64,000 bases of DNA from Candidatus Thorarchaeota archaeon (GCA_046482545.1 JAWOEX010000010.1:79849-143848); one strand, 5' to 3'; positions 26,351-36,433 are shown, counted from the first letter of the stretch. Notes: generated from the letters alone by a model not told the origin. Made by a program: numbers and translations.

Positions 26351-29017
26351 CTATTGCAGGTAGCCACTGACGTCCTTCAGGTCGTGAGCCTGCAACGAGG
26401 GGGTATTAGCGGCAGCCTCTAGTAGGGTATCGATTACCGAATCTGCGCGTGTTACTTCTGTACAAAGCAGAGCCCGACTCCCAGCGATTTTTGCTACAAG
26501 GTAGGCACCGAATTCTTTCCGGAACGCTGAAACTGATAGAATTGTCTCAATTGGATCCGAGTGGCCCTCTTTGCGCATGCGAAGATATGTAGCAAGTTCC
26601 AATGCCTGATGATAGGGCCGCTTCAAGATGGAACTCCACTTGATTTGGTTTCGGTTCACATTGACAGGTACAACCGGCACATCGTTTTTCTTCAAAATAC
26701 GCGTGGACTTGATGATGTCGCGTACTGGTGTATATCTAGGATGACCTGGGCCTGCAGATTGTTCTAGTGGGATATTGGGCGCAAAATCGGAGAGAAGAAC
26801 AACTAATGGTTGAACTCCTCGATTCCTCATCCGCTCTCGTTTCACAGTCTCAAGTGATTTCATAAGTCCCTCAGCCAAAGGAGTCAATCCTGAAATCCTG
26901 AGCTTTAGAAGAGCACGATATAGACGATTCCAGTTTGTTGTTGGAGCCTGAACCTCAATGGCTCCGCTATCCTTGAAGGCGATAATCCCTACACGATCCT
27001 TGGAACCGCGCGTTTCATCCTCAATTCGTTGCACAATCTCACGAATATGTTTCAGACTTCCTTTGATAGACATACTCACATCTATGACGAGCAGAACTGT
27101 CAGTGGTGTCTTGCCCGAGAATATTCGTTCTCTCAAATCCGATTTTGTAATCTGCAGGTAATCAGTGTCATCAATTTGGCCAGTTCTGGCAACAGCTGCA
27201 ACTAACGACGCAGGAAGATCTATGCTCTGAACCTCCCCTACAGGTATCCGTGATCTTGTGGAGCGACCATGTTGGGCGATTTCCGAAGATTGCATCGAAC
27301 CCACAGAACGAGTCGAACGATTTTTTCTAGACCATGCACCGGAAGTGACTCTGGACCGCACCAGTGACCTCTTCTGAATCTCTTCCTTCTCAAAAACAGG
27401 TTCACCAGCATCAAGGTCAGGAGTCTTAACGAAAAACGTATTTTCGAGGTCCAAAGGTGGTTGACGGATGTCTGACTTGGATCCAATTACTTCAGATTTC
27501 TCCGTCTCACTGTATTGCCCAGTGGCTATCCCCCATTCATCTCCCGCTTGTGGTTCTGCCTTGCCGGGTTCGACTACATCAATACCTGCTGCAGGACCAC
27601 TCTTTCGTTTCTGCATGGTCCGAAGCCACCGTCGGATAGTTAGAGCAATGAGTGGGACATAGATTACTGCGTTCAAAACGAGTAGCGGCGGAGGAGGAAA
27701 GACTCCAATCCCAGATCCAAAGAGAATATTGAGGGGACTCAGGTAAATCCAAGCAAAGAAACCAAAGAAAGCAACCATCATGACAACAAGGATAGTTCCT
27801 CTAATCGGAAGGCCTCTAGGATTCCTTACTTTCGACGTTTTTTTTTTGCCTTCTTGGCCTCCCCATGCGGCAAACGAAGACTGTCTTCCGAATTTCCACC
27901 CGCTCTTTCGTTCATCAGTCTCTTCTGAGGAAGCTGGCACTTCGGTGGGCGATTTCCTTTCATCGTCAGTCTTGGTGATGTCCGCAGCCCGAGTAATTGC
28001 TTTATCAATCTCGGAAGGAGACGGAGGTTCCAAGAGACCGCCGCGCCGTGTCCTGTGACTAAGCGCCAGTTGAGCTCCAAGCTTCATATCTTCCAAAGTA
28101 ACGTATTTCCGTCCTTGGAAGGCTGCGTGGGTTATAGCCGCCTTACTGATAACAATATCAGGTCTGACTCCATCAACCTCTAGAGCATCACAAGCCATTG
28201 CTATTGCCCGTAATTTGGATTCACTAAATACAATTCCGTCAAGAATATCTCTAGCTTTGACAATTCGCTCCCGCAGCTGTGCTTGCAGCTCGGACCACTT
28301 TTCTCTAAATTCCTTAGGATTCTGCTCAAATTCAAGATTCCGTCGAACTAATTGCATCCGTTCTTCAATTGAATGCCCACCTCCCACAGATACATGCAAA
28401 GGGAATCGATCCAACAATTGAGGTCTGAGCTCTCCTTCTTCTGGATTCATAGAACCCATCAATACAAAATCTGCAGGATGGGAGACGGATATACCTTCAC
28501 GCTGTACAACATTAACTTTCGTTGCTGCCGCGTCAAGTAAATCGTCAACAAGGTGATCAGGAAGCAGATTGACCTCATCAACATACAGAATATTCTGATT
28601 GGCCTCTGCCAGAATTCCCGGCTGCAATGCCCGAATTCCTTCTTGGAGTATACGTTCTATATCGAGAGAGCCCACAAGGCGATCTTCGGTTGTCGAAAGC
28701 GGGAGATTAACGACGCGCATCTTCCGTTTTTCAGTCGAGAGAGACTCACCTGATTCAACCCTTGCTCGACAATCAGCACAGAGGAGTTCCTCATTCAAAG
28801 GGTTGCAGCTAAAGGGGCAATCGCTTACGACTTCCACTTTAGGCAACAGGTCGGCTAACGCCCTGACAATAGTTGTCTTGCCGGTACCCTTGGCTCCAGA
28901 AACCAACACGCCTCCAATTCGCGGATTGACACCATTCAGAATCAGAGCAATCTTTAGTCGTTCCAGTCCCACTAGAGCGGTGAATGGTAGAACAGACCTT
29001 CCGCGAGGCTCACTCAC
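26351..29017 (-). CDS. ChlI/BchI-type AAA+ ATPase fused via a linker containing two TM helices to a ChlD-type vWA domain
   Basis: N-terminus LPFTALVGLERLKIALILNGVNPRIGGVLVSGAKGTGKTT...CPFSCNP...ILYVDEVNLL. Mid-protein TM segments GTILVVMMVAFFGFFAWIYL / VFPPPPLLVLNAVIYVPLIALTI. C-terminal vWA with MIDAS LLVIDVSMSIKG...GLTPLAEG. Confidence 0.8.
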   Translation of the reverse strand: MSEPRGRSVLPFTALVGLERLKIALILNGVNPRIGGVLVSGAKGTGKTTIVRALADLLPKVEVVSDCPFSCNPLNEELLCADCRARVESGESLSTEKRKMRVVNLPLSTTEDRLVGSLDIERILQEGIRALQPGILAEANQNILYVDEVNLLPDHLVDDLLDAAATKVNVVQREGISVSHPADFVLMGSMNPEEGELRPQLLDRFPLHVSVGGGHSIEERMQLVRRNLEFEQNPKEFREKWSELQAQLRERIVKARDILDGIVFSESKLRAIAMACDALEVDGVRPDIVISKAAITHAAFQGRKYVTLEDMKLGAQLALSHRTRRGGLLEPPSPSEIDKAITRAADITKTDDERKSPTEVPASSEETDERKSGWKFGRQSSFAAWGGQEGKKKTSKVRNPRGLPIRGTILVVMMVAFFGFFAWIYLSPLNILFGSGIGVFPPPPLLVLNAVIYVPLIALTIRRWLRTMQKRKSGPAAGIDVVEPGKAEPQAGDEWGIATGQYSETEKSEVIGSKSDIRQPPLDLENTFFVKTPDLDAGEPVFEKEEIQKRSLVRSRVTSGAWSRKNRSTRSVGSMQSSEIAQHGRSTRSRIPVGEVQSIDLPASLVAAVARTGQIDDTDYLQITKSDLRERIFSGKTPLTVLLVIDVSMSIKGSLKHIREIVQRIEDETRGSKDRVGIIAFKDSGAIEVQAPTTNWNRLYRALLKLRISGLTPLAEGLMKSLETVKRERMRNRGVQPLVVLLSDFAPNIPLEQSAGPGHPRYTPVRDIIKSTRILKKNDVPVVPVNVNRNQIKWSSILKRPYHQALELATYLRMRKEGHSDPIETILSVSAFRKEFGAYLVAKIAGSRALLCTEVTRADSVIDTLLEAAANTPSLQAHDLKDVSGYLQ

Positions 29018-29100
29018 TGGATTTCCCTTCCCTTATTTGAGAAAAGAATGAAAAATAGCCAAATAAGGGTGTGCTTCCCCGTAGTATATGAGTTGACACT

Positions 29101-30249
29101 ATGACCTCACGAATGACTCATCTTCACTGTCCAAACTGTGGAAAGAAATACAAGGCTGAACCCGGAATTTCATACTGCTCATGCGGCTCTCCCATTTTTG
29201 CACAATATGATATCAAAGCTGTTTCGGAGGATATTGCAAACAATGATTTCCCCGGAAGGGAGAATTCGATGTGGAGATATGCCAGTCTGTTACCTGTTGA
29301 CTCGCGAAGAGCTGTCACATTGGGTGAAGGTTGGACTCCTTTACTTTCATCAAAACGTATCCATGAATACATGGGCCTAGAATCGGTCTATATCAAGCAA
29401 GAATCGCAAAACCCTACGTTGAGCTTCAAAGATCGTGGACTCAGTGCCGCTATCTCCAAACACACTCAACTTCGGAGCAACCATTTTGTAATTCCATCAG
29501 CAGGTAATGCAGCCATATCCATGTCAGCTTATGCTGCAGCTGCTGGGGCTCTAGCGACAGTTTACATGCCTGAAAATACACATGAGTCATTTTTCCAAGC
29601 TTGTTCCCAATATGGAACAGAAGTCATTGCTGTGAAAGGAACTATCGCAGATTGCGGTACAGCGGTACAGAAAAATGAGGGGGTTTGGACCGATATCTCA
29701 ACAACAAAAGAGCCATTTCGGGTGGAAGGTAAGAAAACACTAGGTTTCGAAATATGTGAACAGATGAACTGGTCACTTCCTGAAGTGATTATCTGTCCTA
29801 CCGGCGGAGGAACCGCACTTCTCGGTATATGGAAAGGAATACAGGAGCTTGAGAATGTGGGACTCATCGATGGGACCCGGCCCCGTATGTTTGCAGCGCA
29901 GAGTGATGGTTGTGCGCCCGTCGTCCGAGCGTTCAAAGCCGGATCCAAGACAATTGAGCCTTGGGAAGATAGTGAGACAAAGGCCTTAGGTCTGCGTGTT
30001 CCAAAACCATTCGCAGATGAATTGATTCTAGATATACTGCGAGAGTCAGAAGGAGGAGCAGTAGCAGTAGATGAAAAATCGATTGGAAAAACTAGACGAT
30101 TAGTAGCAGAAGACGAGGGTATTGATATGTGCCCCGAAGCTGCGGTGGCTATCGCTGGAGCAAAGAAACTTGTTGAACAGAGAAACATAGACAAGAATGA
30201 AGATGTCGTGGTTCTGAACACCGGTTCAGGGGTCAGATATCCAAGCTAG
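29101..30249 (+). CDS. thrC: Threonine synthase (archaeal type with N-terminal zinc ribbon)
   Basis: CPNCGKKY...CSCGS ribbon, then PLP motif SFKDRG. Confidence 0.9.
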   Translation: MTSRMTHLHCPNCGKKYKAEPGISYCSCGSPIFAQYDIKAVSEDIANNDFPGRENSMWRYASLLPVDSRRAVTLGEGWTPLLSSKRIHEYMGLESVYIKQESQNPTLSFKDRGLSAAISKHTQLRSNHFVIPSAGNAAISMSAYAAAAGALATVYMPENTHESFFQACSQYGTEVIAVKGTIADCGTAVQKNEGVWTDISTTKEPFRVEGKKTLGFEICEQMNWSLPEVIICPTGGGTALLGIWKGIQELENVGLIDGTRPRMFAAQSDGCAPVVRAFKAGSKTIEPWEDSETKALGLRVPKPFADELILDILRESEGGAVAVDEKSIGKTRRLVAEDEGIDMCPEAAVAIAGAKKLVEQRNIDKNEDVVVLNTGSGVRYPS

Positions 30250-30887
30250 GTTTTATTTGGCAGGTGGTCAAGAATAAATCTCAAATCATTCTCTTTTATT
30301 ACAACGTCAGCTGCTTCTGCTACTTCGTCATCTTCCGGACAAAACGCTATTGAAAGTCCCACATGAGAAAAAGCGCTGACATCATTTTTCCCATCACCTA
30401 CGTATGCGGTTTGTTCTAGTGGAACAGCAAAGCGATTAGCGATTTGTTGGATTAGACTACCCTTCTCCCCCCATTCGACACGCACATCCACTTCACCTGT
30501 AATCTTACCATCCTCGTGTAGTAAGCGATTTGTCATAACACAGTCTATGCCTAAACGATTTCCGACATGTTCTGCTACTATATCTAACCCTCCAGATATG
30601 ATGGCCAACTCAGCCCCCGCATCCTTGAGAGCTTCAACTGTCTCCATCGCCCCCGGAGTCAAGTCGGATGTCTTCGCTAATTCTGCTGCATCTTCAATTT
30701 TTTTGCCTTTCCATAATGATGCATCTAGAGTTGCCCATTGTTTATAGTTAATATCACCAGCGAAGTACCGATTGAAATACGCCTTACCTTCAGCTTGGGT
30801 TCCAAAATGCTCGTGCAGTCTCCACCAGATAGAGGAATGGGTTGTAAGAGTGCCATCAACATCAAACACTACAAGGCGTATTGTCAT
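30246..30887 (-). CDS. serB: Phosphoserine phosphatase-like HAD hydrolase
   Basis: LVVFDVDGTLT motif I and GDGKNDVSAF motif III. Confidence 0.8.
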   Translation of the reverse strand: MTIRLVVFDVDGTLTTHSSIWWRLHEHFGTQAEGKAYFNRYFAGDINYKQWATLDASLWKGKKIEDAAELAKTSDLTPGAMETVEALKDAGAELAIISGGLDIVAEHVGNRLGIDCVMTNRLLHEDGKITGEVDVRVEWGEKGSLIQQIANRFAVPLEQTAYVGDGKNDVSAFSHVGLSIAFCPEDDEVAEAADVVIKENDLRFILDHLPNKT

Positions 30888-30918
30888 TTATTATCCCGTA
30901 CCAAATCACAAATCAGTA

Positions 30919-31569
30919 TTATGAACTTCGCTCTCGTTCAGTGCGTGCTTCTTCTTCCAACTCTAGTAGAAGCTCCTCAACCCTATTAGAAGCAGCCTCA
31001 TTTCGTTGCTTCACAGCCGCCTGTTGCTTCTCGACCGATGGAACAGCAGTTTTTTTCTCCATAAGAACTTCGGCTTCAATATTGCTCAGCCGTTTCTCAA
31101 TCTGTTCTTCTTCCGCAATAGTTGTTCCTGACCCAACTAAATCCTCTGATAGGAGCTCACTCGATATGGACACTCGCTCCAGAGAATCTGAGAGTTTATC
31201 CATTTCTTCCTGAATTTCAGCAGGTGAAAGCATATCCCGAGCTTGATTCAATGCCCGGTTTGCAGTGCGAAGGGTTTTGAGAATCCTGGTCTGATCGCTA
31301 GATTCTTCTATGCTCATCAATGCAGATTGAAGAGTCTGGAATTGCTGCTGATACCTACCAAGTCTCTTCTCAAGGTCAACCGCTACTCCAAGATGAGTTC
31401 TGGCTACGCTTTTGTTTCCTTGTTTTACAGCCTTCTTCGCTGCACGATGCTCCTCGGAAATACGGGTTTCGAGCTTCCTTATGCGGAGAGTGATAGCGTT
31501 CATAGTCCCTTTAATCTCTAGAATTCCTCTCTCGGCATCAACTTCCTTCTTGCCGCTTAGGAAACCCAT
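30919..31569 (-). CDS. ESCRT-III / Snf7 (CHMP)-family protein
   Basis: MGFLSGKK N-terminus. KKAVKQGNKSVARTHL...DLEKRL...QTLQSALMSIEE...TLRTANRALNQ...MLSPAEIQEEMDKLSD aligns with the Snf7 core. Acidic C-terminal tail. Confidence 0.75.
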   Translation of the reverse strand: MGFLSGKKEVDAERGILEIKGTMNAITLRIRKLETRISEEHRAAKKAVKQGNKSVARTHLGVAVDLEKRLGRYQQQFQTLQSALMSIEESSDQTRILKTLRTANRALNQARDMLSPAEIQEEMDKLSDSLERVSISSELLSEDLVGSGTTIAEEEQIEKRLSNIEAEVLMEKKTAVPSVEKQQAAVKQRNEAASNRVEELLLELEEEARTERERSS

Positions 31570-31658
31570 AATGTGCACCAGTCCGGTTCTACAACCTGTC
31601 TCCTCAGCGAGAGCATTTAAACGATTGGACTATCCAGACATATAACGGAAGTCTCAGC

Positions 31659-32477
31659 ATGAGAATTATTGACACTCTCCGAAAGGCAGTAGAATCCGCC
31701 CGTGAATTGATCCTTGACAACATTGAGAGAGCACGTGTAAAAACAGGGAAAAGGAATCCTTTTGGTGACCAGACCCTCGCTCTTGACAAGGAAACTGAAG
31801 ATATAGTCATCAATGTGCTCCAAGAATCTGACACAACTTTTTCGATTATGACTGAAGAACAGGGTATTGTCGAGCAAGACAGCCGGCCTGACTATATTGC
31901 TATCGTCGACCCCATTGATGGTTCTGCGAACCTAGAAAGAGGCATACCCATTTGTTCAATTGGTATTTCGGTTTTGCCCTATGGCGAAAGACTCACGACA
32001 GATGACCTCGAAGTGAGCATCATCCAGTCATACTTTACCAATGAAACCTATGTGGCAATGAAGGGTAAAGGTGTGACCCTCAACGGCAAGCAGATAAGAC
32101 CAAGGGAGAAAAGCCCGATTGCGGAGACGATAATCTCATACGATACAAAAAAGCAGTGGGATGAAGAATTCTCTGCGGCTTCTTTGCGGGTACTGAAAAA
32201 TGTCTTTGATATGCGCCGCAGTGCAAGCAATCTGCTCGACCTGTGCTGGACAGCCGCAGGAGGCCTTGATGCGATGCTCGATCTTCGCGGTGTCTTGCCA
32301 ATTGTGCATGTCTCTGGCACCCACATGGTTACTGAGGCTGGAGGATTCGTTGTTGATTTCCAAGGATCCAGATTGAAGCTCCCAATAGATTACGACGAGA
32401 GAATGAGTTTCGTCGCGGCGTCGAATGAAATATTGGCTAGAAATCTTTTAGCTCTTTGGCAGGGCACTAAGAGCTGA
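31659..32477 (+). CDS. suhB: Inositol monophosphatase / fructose-1,6-bisphosphatase family
   Basis: DPIDGS motif and the C-terminal WD..AG region. Confidence 0.85.
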   Translation: MRIIDTLRKAVESARELILDNIERARVKTGKRNPFGDQTLALDKETEDIVINVLQESDTTFSIMTEEQGIVEQDSRPDYIAIVDPIDGSANLERGIPICSIGISVLPYGERLTTDDLEVSIIQSYFTNETYVAMKGKGVTLNGKQIRPREKSPIAETIISYDTKKQWDEEFSAASLRVLKNVFDMRRSASNLLDLCWTAAGGLDAMLDLRGVLPIVHVSGTHMVTEAGGFVVDFQGSRLKLPIDYDERMSFVAASNEILARNLLALWQGTKS

Positions 32478-32553
32478 AGCGCAAATTTTAGTCGTATCTA
32501 AATTCTTTTTTGTGAGGAACGAGTGTAGGGAAACAGCACAGAGGAGTATTGAA

Positions 32554-33369
32554 ATGTCTAAATCAAAATCAATGGTGCCTCCCGAAGTGGAGAAGGCGAT
32601 GAAAAATGTCAAGCATAAGATTGTCATACTCAGTGGGAAAGGTGGAGTAGGCAAGACCACAGTAGCGACTAACCTAGCCATGTCCTTTGCAAAAAAGGGA
32701 AAGAAAGCTGGGATTCTGGACGTAGATATATACGGTCCTAATGTACCCAAGCTTCTCGGCTTAGAGGGGCAACATCCAACAGCTGAGGAGAAGATGATCC
32801 ACCCAATTGAAGGCCCATTAGATACGAAAGTTATGAGCATGGCCTTCCTGTTACGGAACAAGGATGATGCTGTAGCATGGAGAGGTCCACTAGTAGCGAA
32901 AACTATCAGCCAGTTCCTGAGCAATGTTACCTGGGGTGAGCTTGATGTCCTAGTTGTTGACCTTCCGCCAGGTACAGGTGATGAAATCCTAAGCATCCTT
33001 CAATCCATTCCAGACATAGACGGTGTTGTCATTGTGAGCACTCCTCAAGAAGTTGCAGTAATGGATGCAAGGCGTGCTGTTCGACTTGTTAAGAAAATGG
33101 GGGTACCAGTGCTTGGAATCGTTGAGAACATGAGTGAATTTGTCTGCCCCAATTGCAGTGAATCATTCAAGCTATATGGTGAAGGAGCAGCTAAGGAAGC
33201 AACAGAAGATTTCCAAATCGATTTGCTTGGTTCTCTTCCTTTTGACCCTAGAGTGATTCAGCGCAGTGACCAGGGAAAACCTTTCGTTATTTCTGAGCCT
33301 GATACTGAAGTTTCGAAAGCGTTTGCGAAGGTTGTGGAAAAGCTCACTAAGAAAATCAATATTGAATAG
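32554..33369 (+). CDS. Mrp/NBP35/ApbC Fe-S cluster carrier ATPase
   Basis: ILSGKGGVGKTTVATNLA P-loop and CPNC motif. Confidence 0.9.
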   Translation: MSKSKSMVPPEVEKAMKNVKHKIVILSGKGGVGKTTVATNLAMSFAKKGKKAGILDVDIYGPNVPKLLGLEGQHPTAEEKMIHPIEGPLDTKVMSMAFLLRNKDDAVAWRGPLVAKTISQFLSNVTWGELDVLVVDLPPGTGDEILSILQSIPDIDGVVIVSTPQEVAVMDARRAVRLVKKMGVPVLGIVENMSEFVCPNCSESFKLYGEGAAKEATEDFQIDLLGSLPFDPRVIQRSDQGKPFVISEPDTEVSKAFAKVVEKLTKKINIE

Positions 33370-33508
33370 TATCAAAAAAAGGGAAAACGGGAATCTGGGA
33401 TAACTCTTACAAAGACTGAAAACGAGTGAGCATGGAAATACAAGAATAAGTCAGTATGTCTGGCATTTTTCAATTCCGCTGGTGGAATTGATTTGAAAAT
33501 GTAATTTT

Positions 33509-33808
33509 CTATTCCTGAGGAACCTCTTCTTTATCAATTCGAACTAGATATGCTTGGAGGAGCAGAAAGCTAGAAACCGCCATACCAACTTCTATCCAGA
33601 AAGTCAGGTGCGCCCCGAACCACTTGATAGGATTAATGGCGAGGTCGCCAAAGGCAGTCCCAAACACAACAGATTGAATCCACATTGGAACAATGAAAGC
33701 TAGTGGCAGAGATACCAAAAGTACCAAGATTATTGAAGCTAGAATCTCAGCTGTGTACATAAGGACCCGCTTGAGCGATTCGTTAATTTTTGAAAGAGTC
33801 TCTGACAT
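33509..33808 (-). CDS. Small membrane protein (hypothetical)
   Basis: 99 aa with 2-3 predicted TM helices. Confidence 0.5.
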   Translation of the reverse strand: MSETLSKINESLKRVLMYTAEILASIILVLLVSLPLAFIVPMWIQSVVFGTAFGDLAINPIKWFGAHLTFWIEVGMAVSSFLLLQAYLVRIDKEEVPQE

Positions 33809-33879
33809 TGTTTTCCCTTTCCTAGGAATTCAGTTTTCACCGTCCTTTTAACGCTTGCTAGAACATGAACAAATCTCGA

Positions 33880-33904
33880 ATAAAAGAAGACGGGGTGACC
33901 CCCG
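33880..33904 (-). promoter_or_regulatory. Leader hairpin (CGGGG-UGAC-CCCCG) plus U-tract, ~85 nt upstream of the 33808 start; a candidate attenuator
   Basis: Plus strand reads ataaaagaaga-CGGGGtgacCCCCG. A TATA-rich stretch lies at 33975-34010. Confidence 0.3.
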
Positions 33905-34413
33905 AGAGATGATCAGGGATTGAGTGTGGATGTCCGAGAGGGAGAGATGTGGGTCACCCGCTAGTGACAGCTATGTAATATTATATAATAAGTGTATATA
34001 GTATAGATGGATTGACGAATCACAATCGAATTCCCTGTAAAGAAGGAAGATGGAGCAAAAAGAAAGGGCAGGGGGCCCATTCAGAACACAGAAGGAGAAG
34101 AGAGAAGATCGTTCGTGAAAGAGTAGCCCCCAGTCACCTTCAGTAATATTACTGAGAGAATGCATATAATCAATTTCATGATGTAATAACAAAGAAGGGC
34201 CGGAAACTCCTACATCCTGTTTGCACGGGTAACGTGCACACACTCCTCTCCTCCTCAAGCGCGGGCGTATAAGCCTGTTACAACCAGGGAATCTTTTTCT
34301 CGGGCGCTCCTAGCACCTTCACATTTTTCTTGTGGATTGCAAGGTGGTCAGGAAAATGGGGGCACCCTTGATCAGGTGGGTTCCATAAACTGAAAGAGAT
34401 TTAGATAGAATGC

Positions 34414-35085
34414 TCATTCCAATGGAAAAGCATACTCTCTTTTCAAATCCTTGAGTATTGAGCGGACAGTTTGTTCCCGCAGATTCAATTTGCTAGAAAT
34501 ACTTGTAACCGTTTCATCTTGGCTATCAAGGATGCAATACAAAACCCTACGAACATTGGGTCTATCAATCTTCTTTACAATATGCGATGCTTTGTGTACA
34601 ACCCTATTTCGGATATACAATAGAATCGCCCGTTCTCGTTCCATTCTATCAAGTAATGCATCTATTCGATCCAGTAAATCCGCAAATTCACCTATCTGCT
34701 CGCGTTCGTTTTGTTCAGAAATTAACTCGAGCTCTTCAAGAAGCCCAGAAGAGGATTTGCGAAAATTGGCGGCATCAGGCTCAGTCCTGAAAGATATCAT
34801 TCGTAGATCAAAAAGATGGGGAGCTAGTTCGATAGTAATCAACAGATTCTTACTAAGCGAGTATACTCTCCTCTTGGGTCCTCTTGTGCTATCCTCTAGC
34901 TCCGACTCTATTAGCCCCCCTTCTTCCATGATTCTCAGGTGGGACGAAACCAATTGTTGACTTATTCCTAGCTCTTTTGCTATACGCAAGGAATAGCCAG
35001 GTTCGTGGCTTAAGCGCTCCAGAATTCGTCTTCTGGTGGGATTCTCAAGAAGGGTTATGAAATCATCAATACTTTCAGTTGTCAT
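34414..35085 (-). CDS. ArsR-type winged-HTH transcriptional regulator with a C-terminal domain
   Basis: ENPTRRRILERLSHEPGYSLRIAKELGISQQLVSSHLRIMEEGGLI. Confidence 0.7.
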   Translation of the reverse strand: MTTESIDDFITLLENPTRRRILERLSHEPGYSLRIAKELGISQQLVSSHLRIMEEGGLIESELEDSTRGPKRRVYSLSKNLLITIELAPHLFDLRMISFRTEPDAANFRKSSSGLLEELELISEQNEREQIGEFADLLDRIDALLDRMERERAILLYIRNRVVHKASHIVKKIDRPNVRRVLYCILDSQDETVTSISSKLNLREQTVRSILKDLKREYAFPLE

Positions 35086-35143
35086 TATAGGGTTGCTCCG
35101 ATTAGGAAAGAAAAAAGAAGGAAGGAGCGTAGATAGAACTCGA

Positions 35144-35665
35144 CTATTCAAGTTCTACCTTTGTCATTCGCTCCTCAGGTTTTGGTTCTTTCTTCGTGAC
35201 TTTGAGCTCCAGCACGCCATCTTTCATTGTGCCTTTGACTTTTGAGGGGTTAACTTCCTCAGGAAATCGCACTGTTCTGCTAATTTGTGAATATGTTCGC
35301 TCCCTATGTATGTAGTCTCCTTCTGTCTCTTCCTCCCGATTTTCTATCTCCGCCTGTACTCGCAGGGTATCCTTGTTTACCTCAACATCCACATTGTCCT
35401 TGTTGAGACCAGGGAGCTCCGCTGTGACAAGATACGTCTCGCCCTGATCTACGAGATCACAGAGAGGATACCTAGTGGGAAGACGCCCACCAGTTCTTGC
35501 CGCTGTTCTCATCGGCATAAAGGGTGCCATAAGATTGTCAAAAGATCTCCTGAAATCATCAAATATCGCATCAAATCCGCGTGCTAGTGATCTGTTACGC
35601 TCGGGAACACGACTGTCTGATCTCGGTTCAATATTCTTGTGTTCATCGATATTTTCTTTAGACAT
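35144..35665 (-). CDS. Hsp20/alpha-crystallin small heat-shock protein
   Basis: DLVDQGETYLVTAELPGLNKDNVDVEV...GVLELKV. Confidence 0.85.
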   Translation of the reverse strand: MSKENIDEHKNIEPRSDSRVPERNRSLARGFDAIFDDFRRSFDNLMAPFMPMRTAARTGGRLPTRYPLCDLVDQGETYLVTAELPGLNKDNVDVEVNKDTLRVQAEIENREEETEGDYIHRERTYSQISRTVRFPEEVNPSKVKGTMKDGVLELKVTKKEPKPEERMTKVELE

Positions 35666-35956
35666 TTGTGCACCTCCATTATACATATTTGGTTTGTATA
35701 ATGTCGCAGTATCTATTTGAATTTTTCGGTAGATTGGTCATTTGTTATGTGAACACACAGGTATAAACCCCCGAACTCGTTAAACATACAGAGGATACTT
35801 CACTGCGCTTTACAGGCATAGGAGAATATCAGCTGGTTCAATGATCTCCTTTTCACAACAATCATAATCTACGTTCTGTCAGTACAACCAAACACCTGTG
35901 GTGAAGACCAATAGTAGTTGGGATAGCCCAAGGGTGAAAATTCCTCAATGAAGCAA

Positions 35957-36433
35957 TCAAGAGAAAGTCCTTCCAAGCCGTACGTCGCAGCCATTTGCTA
36001 ACCGGATCCGTATGGGAACAGATCCATGAGAGAAAACCTCGACAAAAAATGGATTTGAGGATTCGGCCACTTTCAGCCAAAAATTGTTTTCATTCCGGTA
36101 GTAGCTGTACTTGAGATTGTTCTCTTTCACCTCTATAATGGAGCCCTCATACAGCTTATTCAAATCCTCAACAATAAGCCTAGAATTATTCGATTTACTA
36201 TGACAGATAGGATGCGAGAGATAGAATTTCTCAACTCTTCCAGCTTCGATGCAAAGAACTGCAACATGGGGGCGCCTGCAAGAATCCCATTCATTTGGAA
36301 TAGGAGGGCTGCGACAAAGATAAGCACCTCTTGCTGACGCTAATACTGAATATGCACCCTCATCGATCATCATTGACTCATTATCCTCTATTTCTCTTCC
36401 TTGTACCGTGGACGAGGGACTGCCCAATAGCAT
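35957..36433 (-). CDS. Hypothetical protein
   Basis: ORF only. Confidence 0.4.
   Translation of the reverse strand: MLLGSPSSTVQGREIEDNESMMIDEGAYSVLASARGAYLCRSPPIPNEWDSCRRPHVAVLCIEAGRVEKFYLSHPICHSKSNNSRLIVEDLNKLYEGSIIEVKENNLKYSYYRNENNFWLKVAESSNPFFVEVFSHGSVPIRIRLANGCDVRLGRTFS

Noticed and set aside
29562-30221. 219-aa minus-strand ORF inside thrC
   Set aside because: It is antisense to threonine synthase, with a low-complexity S/P/A-rich product.
15090-33915. Repeat a(a)aaga-GA-gGGTGACCCCC-rAGAG at 15090 and 33884, as a possible mobile mini-element
   Set aside because: Both copies resolve into G/C hairpin plus U-tract terminators on the minus strand. With only two copies they are treated as a terminator style.
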